Origin: a virus
Direction: 5' to 3' (one strand)
IMG/VR virus record: IMGVR_UViG_3300001336_000002
Span: 1-64,000 of that record
DNA length: 64,000 nt
The notes under the pieces are model-generated. The model had not been told where the DNA came from, searched no databases, and worked only from the letters and a program-made list of their open reading frames with translations. How positions within the stretch are numbered: the first letter of the stretch is position 1; every line of letters starts with the position of its first letter. This document shows, piece after piece, positions 49,607 through 57,982 of the stretch. Made by a program: the position numbers and the translations under genes.

Positions 49607-49825
49607 TCAGCAGAATGGGCAGGGAGTCTTGATGGAATCGACAATCTGGACACTACCAGCCTCGTTCACCCAACGAGGGCCAACGCGACCAAACTCATCC
49701 TTCAGATAGATCGAATAGCGGAACATGGCGAAGGAAGGCTTATGGATACGCACAACCTCACCCTTCGTTCCATCGGACATGCGGACCAGATCGCCCACCT
49801 TGATATCTTTCACAGAGACCTTCAT
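49607..49825 (-). CDS. Small SH3/KOW-like protein
   Basis: DIKVGDLVRM..GEVVRI; aaaggag RBS. Confidence 0.6.
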   Translation of the reverse strand: MKVSVKDIKVGDLVRMSDGTKGEVVRIHKPSFAMFRYSIYLKDEFGRVGPRWVNEAGSVQIVDSIKTPCPFC

Positions 49826-50402
49826 GATCTCTCCTTTCTGCTATGTCTCTATTCTTGCATAGGGGTCTGACATTCACAAATCGAGAATGTGTATAAAACG
49901 GACATTTTAGATCACAGAATGATAACAGAATAGAGAGACATTTTTCGAATGCGTGTTCGATTCTAAAAAGTTGTTGGTAGACAAGGGGTTTTCAGCGTGT
50001 TCTTAAAGTGATCGTAAAAGTTGTTGTGGCACAACAGGTTTGCGGCCCGGCCCGCCCCGCTCAAAACCGTTGCAGCACAACGGCTTTCATCGATTCATTA
50101 TCACAAGGGCAGACCACAAAACAATCATGACGACAAAATATCCAGCAATAGCAACGGGTTTCGGTCGGTATGGTGAAACTAATAGCATGGCAAATATCAC
50201 CATTTGAAAAAATATAGCAATGGCAATCACCTAGTCTCCCAATCGAAATCGACGTTGAAGTCCTTTAGCATACCACTAGCGTCGCCTAGATATCCAGAAA
50301 GATATGCTAGTGCTTGATCGGAATTGGGGAATGTCTTTTGGAATGATCTTTCACCATAGCCAACGTCGATGGTGAAAGTGACTGTGGGAGTAGGGTGTTT
50401 CA

Positions 50403-50960
50403 TCATGCCGCCGACCCCCTAACGATGATCCAGATGAGCGCCTGAGCGGTGCGAGGGGTGATGCCAAACTGTGAAGCAACGGAGGTGATAGCCTCAGACA
50501 ACAGACGATATTGTGTCTTGTTAGGCGAGTCGGTGTCCATGCCAGCAGCACGCATCATCCAAACGTCGATGACGACAGCATCGGTGTCACCAGCGATAGC
50601 GCGAGCGAAGGCGTTGGTCTTGAGACCCTTCAGGGCTGAAAACCCTTGCGAGACAGCGGCTTCCGCCATGCGAAGATTATTAGACAGGCCGCTAACTGGC
50701 TTGCCATTGGCGAACGCATATGCCTTAGCGACATTGGATGCCCAACGCTCACGAGGGGAGAAGGCAGACACGATGGACGCGCCATGCTCTAGGCTCACAC
50801 CTAGAATCTCAGCAACGTCTTCCGCAACCTCTTGCGCTTCCAGATACCAAGTCGAAGCGGCTTCCATCTGGGCGAGGGTAGCGGTCATGATAAGGCTCTC
50901 AAAACGAGCGGCGGCTGATGCGAACACGGAGGTGCCCTCTGGGGCGGTAACTGTAATCAT
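50403..50960 (-). CDS. Conserved phage protein (SAFSP..W..N / K..AF / VVIDVW family; possibly HhH-glycosylase-related)
   Basis: WY, SAFSPRERWASN, GLKTNAF, VIDVW, QALIW; leaderless. Confidence 0.6.
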   Translation of the reverse strand: MITVTAPEGTSVFASAAARFESLIMTATLAQMEAASTWYLEAQEVAEDVAEILGVSLEHGASIVSAFSPRERWASNVAKAYAFANGKPVSGLSNNLRMAEAAVSQGFSALKGLKTNAFARAIAGDTDAVVIDVWMMRAAGMDTDSPNKTQYRLLSEAITSVASQFGITPRTAQALIWIIVRGSAA

Positions 50961-51283
50961 GGAATGATCCTATCAAAGGGGTCTGACATTCTGAGGGTAT
51001 ATGGAGGATTATTCGGTAACGAAACGGTCACGATGCTTGGACTTACGGTTATACCTGGCCTTATTCCTATGGGGCTGGGCAGCATTAGAACGACGACGGT
51101 CCATGATGGCTCGCTGATGACTATTAGACCTGCGTGACTTATTCATGGCATGATCCTATCATATTTAGATAATCATGTCAAATGAAAAAAGTTGTTGTGT
51201 CTCAAGGGTTTCTAGCGATTCAGGGAAATATCGTAACCTCGTAAACCGTTGCAGCACAAGGGAAATCGCGCCCGGCCCTCTTT

Positions 51284-52448
51284 TCAGGATTTGTCAAGTA
51301 TCTCCTGTATGTCGTTACGAACCTGCAACAACTGTTCGATCATGCGTTCGACACGCTTGTATTCATCAGGGTTGTCTGTCGCATAGTACGCACGATCCAG
51401 GGGGTCTAGAGTGAGATAGATATCATTGCTAGCCTTCTTTAGGTTAGACAAGAATGCGTCATGACGCGAGATGGTCTTCATTAGTCCTCCTGATATTCAT
51501 CGAAGTCTAGGGGCTCATAGTCAGCACACCAACCGCAGATAGTATCGGTGCTATCTGCCCAATCCCAGAACACCTCATCACATGAGGCGCAAACAACTGC
51601 TTCCAGGTTGATCTCATATGTATCGTTCATGGATTCACCTTATCATGATAGTCTGACATTCATCAATGAAAAATAAAAATGCTTTTTATTACATGATCGT
51701 AACGAGTGTTCGTAAGGGCTTGACAAGTGCAAAGATTTGGGCCGGGCCTGAAAACCGTTGCAGCGCAACGACTTTCGGCTACATGGTTTCGATGTGTCCC
51801 ACCAAGCCCATGAGCATGGCGAAGGCGAAAACACCTAGTGTCACAAGGACTTTCTCCATCACAATGCCTCCACAAAGTCGTTGCCGTGCAACACCTTTTT
51901 GATGACGGGAAGGTGGTCATCACACACGAGGGTAGACACATGCTTTCCATTGTACTCAGACACCTGAGTCACCTTGTGGGTAGCACGAGCACGGCTCACG
52001 CGGTTATCGCAGAATACATGCTGGCAGACGGGCGAACCGTCGCGGGTATAGTTAGGCCAACCCATGATGATCACTCACTCTCATTACTGTAGAACACTTG
52101 CTGTTGGACACGGATATAGTTGTTGATTGCTTGCTGGATCTTGTTCATGGTATCACCTTATCATGGGGGTCTGACATTGTGGCCTAGGGCTCATCCCCTT
52201 GCGGGGCTTATTTGCCTAGGAAGATTTAGTTATTAGGCGAACACCCTAGCCCTATGGCAGTCAGCGCAGATGATGGTGTCATTCACGATGGACAGGTCAG
52301 CGGTGTTATTCGTTCCGCAGGTCCAGCAAGCCCACGGCTCGCGGCGGATCTGTCGGTCATAGTATTCTGTGATGCCCCAGAACACAACGGTGAACACAGC
52401 GGGGATTCCGATGAAGATAGCGATTGCCATCAGGATACCTTCGAACAT
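51284..52448 (-). other. Small hypothetical ORFs (51284-51481, 51859-52074, 52233-52448 and shorter ones)
   Basis: Each lies downstream of a TGTCAG promoter. Confidence 0.5.
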
Positions 52449-52552
52449 TTGTCTAGCCTTTCTTCTTGTGTTGCTTCGATACTATCACAGGGGTCTGACA
52501 TTGGACGAGAGGTTAGACCAACTCCTCGTCCACGAACCGAATAATCTCAGTG

Positions 52553-52568
52553 TCGAACGGCTGTTCGA
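52553..52568. promoter_or_regulatory. Perfect actinobacterial LexA box TCGAAC-N4-GTTCGA
   Basis: TCGAAC GGCT GTTCGA; one-mismatch copies at 49945-49960, 51336-51351, 52925-52940. Confidence 0.55.
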
Positions 52569-53093
52569 TTGCAAATGCTTCGGCGGCTTCACGAGTATCG
52601 AACCGTGCAACGGTACGCCCCATGACACGAGCCACGCTATAGCCTGTACGGGTAATCCACATATCTGTCACCTCCTTTGCTTTCATACCTGAAGACTATC
52701 AGATTGGTCTGACATTGACAAATTTGAAAAGGTGCAAATCGGACATTTTAGATAACAGAAATGTAACGAAATTTTTCGCTCAGGTGTTCGATTATTTTGA
52801 TCAAAAATTCTACGCTGAGGTTCGATCAAAACCGTTGCGCTGCAACGACTTTTGTCGTATAGCAAGGCTGAAAAGTTGTTGTGCTGCAACGATTTTTGCT
52901 GTGGCTGAGTGCGCTCTATCTTATTCGAATTTTTGTTCGATTTTGCGTACCGTACACACTTACAAAATATTAAACTTTAGTTCAAATCCAATTCTGATAA
53001 AATTTTAAGAATTAAAAATATGGGCACACAAAAAATTTTTAAACTTTCTATAAATCGAATATATCAACTCATCATGCGTAGTATCATATATAC

Positions 53094-53288
53094 ATGAAAC
53101 CTGTAAAACCGTGGGACCTATTAAATAAAGACAATTGGACAGTAGAAGAACTACGAAAAAAAAGACTAGAAATATGTCGGGAATGTCCAGAATATAACAA
53201 TTTCACAAAACAGTGTTCACAATGCAAGTGTTTTATGCCTGCTAAGACATGGCTAGAAAATGCTTTTTGTCCATTACGCAAATGGTAA
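53094..53288 (+). CDS. Small Cys-rich protein
   Basis: RLEICRECP..CSQCKCFM..K..CPLRKW. Confidence 0.7.
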   Translation: MKPVKPWDLLNKDNWTVEELRKKRLEICRECPEYNNFTKQCSQCKCFMPAKTWLENAFCPLRKW

Positions 53289-53308
53289 TAGATGATAAAA
53301 TAGATTAT

Positions 53309-53587
53309 ATGAAAAAGCCTTCATGGAAACTAAGAAGACGAGCCGTATTTGGCTCACTTATTTTTGCGGGGGCAATCATTGTGTATGTTCTTTTTCGTTG
53401 GGATGATACCGCACTAGCACAAACAACAATGTTGAGTTCGTTTGGTCTTATTGGTGCAATCGTTGCATCCTATATTGGCGGGGCAGTCTATGAAGACACA
53501 AGACTTCCACAACCTATAACACCAACAAAGAATCAAGACTATGCACCTAACTACGATATCGAATATTCAGAAGAAGGAATGGAGTAA
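53309..53587 (+). CDS. Two-TM membrane protein (lysis region)
   Basis: W..RRR then two hydrophobic helices. Confidence 0.65.
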   Translation: MKKPSWKLRRRAVFGSLIFAGAIIVYVLFRWDDTALAQTTMLSSFGLIGAIVASYIGGAVYEDTRLPQPITPTKNQDYAPNYDIEYSEEGME

Positions 53588-53589
53588 AC

Positions 53590-53814
53590 ATGTTTACAGT
53601 AGTTTTTTGGAAAAAAGCAACCGAAAGAGCCCTAAAGACACTAGCCCAAGTTGTGCTATCTCTACAGGGTGCATCAGCACTCAATGTTCTAGAAGTTGAT
53701 TGGCCACAGACTCTTGGAGTTGCTGGAGGCGCTGTATTGCTTTCTTACGCAACAAGTATTATGTCTGCAGGGGTAAAGAAAGACGATTCTCCTGATCTGC
53801 TTGCAGATAAATAA
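53590..53814 (+). CDS. Holin (r1t-like)
   Basis: FWKKATERALKTLAQ..VDW..LSYATSI. Confidence 0.85.
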   Translation: MFTVVFWKKATERALKTLAQVVLSLQGASALNVLEVDWPQTLGVAGGAVLLSYATSIMSAGVKKDDSPDLLADK

Positions 53815-53855
53815 TGTTATAATTAATTAAAATAACATTGGGAGAAAAATAACAA

Positions 53856-54314
53856 ATGAATAAAATCAAAGGGGTTCTGCGTTCAACAATAATGCAGCGC
53901 CCTTTTGATTTTTATGTGGCAACATTATTATTTCTTGCAGGTTTTTATAGCATAGTTAGCGACACATGGCCAGAACGAGTAGGCAATGGACTAACACACA
54001 CCTTTATTACAATAGTTTCTGTTTATTTGATGATTGCTTCGGGGGTAGTTATGGCTGCTTTTTCTTGCAAAAGAGCCAAAAAACCAATATTTACACTTAT
54101 GGGGGAAATGTATGGATGGTTATTCATATCTGCGGGATCACTCGCAACTACTTTAATGTACATAGGATCAGTAATAAGCAATGAGCCTTCTTCTTGGGGC
54201 TTATGGGCAATATTACTCTTTGTTTGGTCAGGTATGGCTATAGCAAGCGGGGTCCGATTCTTGGATCTACTTTATGTATACAGGAGCATTAAAAATCAAT
54301 GGAACCAGGAATAA
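53856..54314 (+). CDS. Four-TM membrane protein
   Basis: Four hydrophobic segments. Confidence 0.65.
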   Translation: MNKIKGVLRSTIMQRPFDFYVATLLFLAGFYSIVSDTWPERVGNGLTHTFITIVSVYLMIASGVVMAAFSCKRAKKPIFTLMGEMYGWLFISAGSLATTLMYIGSVISNEPSSWGLWAILLFVWSGMAIASGVRFLDLLYVYRSIKNQWNQE

Positions 54315-54616
54315 TTATTGCAATAATCGGAGTACTAGCAGCCCCCTTTGCTGCACTTATTACTTGGCTATTAAATAGAAAAAAGAATGTTGCAGAAATT
54401 TATAATGCTCTCAGCGAGTCTTCTCAAACGGCGGTAGAGACTATGCAGTTGACCATGAACGAACTGCGTATAGAACTAGAAGAAGCCCGTCGTAAAATTG
54501 ATGCACTCATAGTAGAAAATGAATTGCTAAGACAAGATCTACACGATCTTAAAGATCAAAATGTAAAACTTATGACACAGATTACCGAATTGCGTTCTTT
54601 CTACGGGCAGTCATAA
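54299..54616 (+). CDS. Membrane-anchored coiled-coil protein
   Basis: N-terminal TM then heptads. Confidence 0.65.
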   Translation: MEPGIIIAIIGVLAAPFAALITWLLNRKKNVAEIYNALSESSQTAVETMQLTMNELRIELEEARRKIDALIVENELLRQDLHDLKDQNVKLMTQITELRSFYGQS

Positions 54617-54887
54617 CAGCATGACAATTAGCACATCTCACTTCACATTTGTCTATCTCTTCTAATATTGTGCTCCATGCATAATCACTACGAATTAAAT
54701 TAGACACACTACCCTTTTTGTTATCGCTTATGTGATCAAACTGCAGCGCTACAGCATGTGCATTATATCCACAATCAATGCATCCCCGCTGTTTTTTGAT
54801 CATGCCTGCGAGACGCCATTTGGCTCCTCTTTTTCGCGCTCGCGACGAAGGAAAATCGTTTATTAGAGTTTTAGATTCTAAATTCAT
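54582..54887 (-). CDS. HNH endonuclease (paralog of 31377-31796)
   Basis: GCIDCG..LQFDH..EEIDKCEVRCANCH. Confidence 0.75.
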   Translation of the reverse strand: MNLESKTLINDFPSSRARKRGAKWRLAGMIKKQRGCIDCGYNAHAVALQFDHISDNKKGSVSNLIRSDYAWSTILEEIDKCEVRCANCHAVMTARRKNAIR

Positions 54888-55566
54888 TCCAGGCTTTTGC
54901 GGTGATGGGGTAATGTTGCGTAACAATATCGTTTACCGCCTTTGCGTATAGTTGTATTTCATATTGTGCATGAGAATCAAGTCTCAATGATATAAAGTGT
55001 AGCAGAGCGTTTAGGCTTGCTGTCCACCGCCAGCGAACATACATAGAATAGGCTGGTAGGAGCAGCCGTGCTTGCTCTGGGGCTATGCCATCACGCAGGG
55101 CGTCTTGATACATTTGCTCTTGCTGTTCTGTTAATCTAATCATTGCCATAGTGTATTTGGCACCAATGTCTTCTTTTACTGGCTCTCCACTACCCTGCTT
55201 TTTGTTATCAGGAACAGAACGCCAGTCGCAGACGCGAGGGATATAGAATTCTTCATTTTCTGTAATATACCGCCGTGATGATTCATTCCAGCCATTTTGA
55301 TCATCTACAAAAGATGATGATATTGCATGTTTGTACCATTGACGAGCCACCATTAAAGGTGCATATACCTCAAACGTCATGGCACAATGTCTAAGACATG
55401 AGTCATGCCTATGTTTTATCAAGTAGGAAATTAGTTTTTCATCTTTTTCTTCAAGAGAAGTTACTTCTTTATCAAAACTAACTCTTGCTGCATTAACAAC
55501 ATCAATATCAGAACCAAGGTTAGAAATTAATCTAACATACCCCTTGTCTAGTACATCTATATTCAA
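54871..55566 (-). CDS. thyX: Flavin-dependent thymidylate synthase
   Basis: VVNAARVSF, VARQWYKH, NESSRRY, PEQARLLLP, LRLDSHAQYEI. Confidence 0.92.
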   Translation of the reverse strand: MNIDVLDKGYVRLISNLGSDIDVVNAARVSFDKEVTSLEEKDEKLISYLIKHRHDSCLRHCAMTFEVYAPLMVARQWYKHAISSSFVDDQNGWNESSRRYITENEEFYIPRVCDWRSVPDNKKQGSGEPVKEDIGAKYTMAMIRLTEQQEQMYQDALRDGIAPEQARLLLPAYSMYVRWRWTASLNALLHFISLRLDSHAQYEIQLYAKAVNDIVTQHYPITAKAWNEFRI

Positions 55567-55749
55567 AATAAACCTTTCTTCTCTAGACCCTTCGGGTCTC
55601 TGTTTTATTACCAAGGAAGATCGTAATTCTTTGTTTTTATATATTATATATAGTGTATATACCCTGCTTTTTACTGTCAAGAATTACCTACCTTAAAATT
55701 TCCTAAATATCAAAATCTGATATAATTAAATTAAAATTCATAGGAGTAT

Positions 55750-56100
55750 GTGCGTATGACCCCAGGCAGATATAACATGGTTTGTCCACAAGGCGCAACT
55801 TTCAACCAAATACTTTCTTATTCATCTGGTGGATTTCCAGTCGATCTTACTGATCGTATTGCCAGAATGCAGGTAAGGGTAAAACATTCTAGCACATCCT
55901 CTATTCTTTCTCTTACTACAGAAAACCAAGGAATAACTTTGGGAGGGCCTGCAGGTACAATTATTATAACTATTGAAGCATCAGCCACCGCAAGTCTTTC
56001 TCCTAAAGAGTACGTTTATGATTTAGAAATAGTTAATAATGATGAAGTAACAAGATTAATAGAAGGAAAATTCATTGTAACCCCCGAGGTAACAAAATAA
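55750..56100 (+). CDS. Tail/baseplate-associated protein
   Basis: QGATF..DLT..ARMQVR..YVYDLEI..RLIEG.F.V.PEVT. Confidence 0.7.
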   Translation: MRMTPGRYNMVCPQGATFNQILSYSSGGFPVDLTDRIARMQVRVKHSSTSSILSLTTENQGITLGGPAGTIIITIEASATASLSPKEYVYDLEIVNNDEVTRLIEGKFIVTPEVTK

Positions 56101-56540
56101 TGGAAATTAAATCCGTTGGACAGGACGTTACGGTAACAGTAGTAGATCAAAGAGTTTGTGTCGATGTTACTAATGCTGGACCGCAAGGTGTTAGGGGTTC
56201 TCAAGTTTTGTCGGGAGACACAGATCCATCACCGACAATAGGGCTAATAGGAGATCAGTATATAAATACATCTACTGGTGTCTTGTTTGGTCCAAAAACT
56301 ACTAGTGGATGGGGGACTGGGGTTTCACTTACCACTGGGTCAGAAAACCTTGGCCAAGTGTATAGTCAAACCACTCCCTCTGCTATATGGAATATTGCTC
56401 ATACACTGAGTTTTATTCCAAACATCATAATAGTCGATTCAGAACAAAACGTAGTGGAGGGCGAGTACGAATATGTAGATCAAAATTTAATTATTGCTAC
56501 ATTTAGTGCCCCCATTGCAGGATCGGCTTACTTATCTTAG
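56100..56540 (+). CDS. Tail-associated structural protein
   Basis: GPQGVRG, GDQYINT, WNIAHTL, GSAYLS. Confidence 0.65.
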   Translation: MEIKSVGQDVTVTVVDQRVCVDVTNAGPQGVRGSQVLSGDTDPSPTIGLIGDQYINTSTGVLFGPKTTSGWGTGVSLTTGSENLGQVYSQTTPSAIWNIAHTLSFIPNIIIVDSEQNVVEGEYEYVDQNLIIATFSAPIAGSAYLS

Positions 56541-56558
56541 AAAGGAGATGAGTTTTTA

Positions 56559-57920
56559 ATGGCTAAAAGATTCCTTACCCATATTGATTTAACGGGTAAT
56601 CAAATTTTGAATGGCTCTTTTGAAAAACTTGCATCAGACCCCGCCACTGGTAATTTCGAGGGCCGCGTTTACTACAATACTGCTGACGATCTTCTAAAAG
56701 TGTATGACGGCGCGGTATGGAAGTCTGTAGGAAGTATTCTAGACATTCAAGGAACCGCAGACGAGGTTACTGTATCCATTTCTAATGGAGTTGCAACAAT
56801 CAGCCTTCCATCAACTATCAATGCTGATACTACTGGGAATGCTGCAACAGCAACAAAACTTGCTACCTCTCGCACTATCGAACTCACAGGAGATGTAACA
56901 GGCAGTGCAACATTTGATGGCTCTGCAAACGCCTCAATTACAGCAACAATTGCTGCAGATAGCGTTGCTCTAGGAACAGACACAACAGGAGACTATGTTG
57001 CTACCGTTGCTGGAACAGCAAATCAAGTTATTGTTTCTGGAACGGGAACAGAGTCAAGAGATGTAACTCTTTCTACCCCACAGGACATTCACACTGGAGC
57101 AGAACCAACATTTGCTGGCGCGACTCTAGGAGAGGTTCAGGTAGGTGTTACTGGCAATAATGAAATTGACACCGCTACAGGCAACCTAACCATTGACTCT
57201 GCTGGTGGAACAGTAACAATTGATGATAACTTGATTGTTTCTGGAAATCTAACGGTTTCTGGAACTACCACCACAGTCAACACAGAAGAAGTTCTTATTG
57301 CCGATAATATCATTACCCTTAACTCTAATGCTACAGGAACTGCTACAGAGAATGCAGGAATTGAAGTAGAGCGTGGAGACGATCCTAATGTTGCCCTTAG
57401 ATGGAACGAAACAGATGACACCTGGGAAGCAACAAGAGATGGTTCAACATACGCAGCACTACTTCTTGACGGAGATGAACTTAGCGCCAATGAAATTGTT
57501 GGTTTCCAAGAGGATGTAGAAGATGTTGTTGGAGGTCTAGTTTCTGGCAGCAACTCTATTTCTGTAACATACACAGACAATGGGACTGATCCAGGAGATC
57601 TAGCCATTGATACAACTCTTGCTACAACAAGTTACCTGTCAAAGACTAGCGGTCTTGCTGTAGACATTGCTACACTAGAAGCAAAACTTGTAACAGATTC
57701 TTTCACCAAGAAGGCTACTGCAAGTGTTGGTAATGGAACAAATACCTCATTTGCCGTAACTCATAATCTTGGCACAAGAGATGTGCAGGTTCAAATTTAT
57801 GACAATGCTTCATATGATACTGTTGAGGCAGATGTAGTAAGAACAGATGCAAACACTGTGACTGTTTCCTTTACTGTTGCCCCCGCAAATGATGCATATC
57901 GTGTAGTTGTAATAGGCTAG
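56559..57920 (+). CDS. Tail fibre protein
   Basis: GNAATATKLATSRTI, GDVTGSATFDGS, VTHNLGTRDV..YRVVVIG. Confidence 0.75.
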   Translation: MAKRFLTHIDLTGNQILNGSFEKLASDPATGNFEGRVYYNTADDLLKVYDGAVWKSVGSILDIQGTADEVTVSISNGVATISLPSTINADTTGNAATATKLATSRTIELTGDVTGSATFDGSANASITATIAADSVALGTDTTGDYVATVAGTANQVIVSGTGTESRDVTLSTPQDIHTGAEPTFAGATLGEVQVGVTGNNEIDTATGNLTIDSAGGTVTIDDNLIVSGNLTVSGTTTTVNTEEVLIADNIITLNSNATGTATENAGIEVERGDDPNVALRWNETDDTWEATRDGSTYAALLLDGDELSANEIVGFQEDVEDVVGGLVSGSNSISVTYTDNGTDPGDLAIDTTLATTSYLSKTSGLAVDIATLEAKLVTDSFTKKATASVGNGTNTSFAVTHNLGTRDVQVQIYDNASYDTVEADVVRTDANTVTVSFTVAPANDAYRVVVIG

Positions 57921-57927
57921 TTAGTAG

Positions 57928-57956
57928 GGAGGGGGTAGTTTTGGGCTGCCCCCTCC
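57928..57956 (+). terminator. GC-rich hairpin after tail fibre gene
   Basis: ggagggggtagt / gctgccccctcc. Confidence 0.6.
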
Positions 57957-57982
57957 TAAACTAGAAAGGATATAATGCTTAT

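Larger units (their letters stand above)
44811..52714 (-). promoter_or_regulatory. Eleven promoters TGTCAG-N10-TANNNT (PafBC/RecA-NDp-like)
   Basis: 22-nt copies starting at 44811, 46193, 48305, 48727, 49408, 49851, 50967, 51637, 52155, 52479, 52693; all on the minus strand ahead of genes; invariant 10-nt spacer. Confidence 0.85.
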
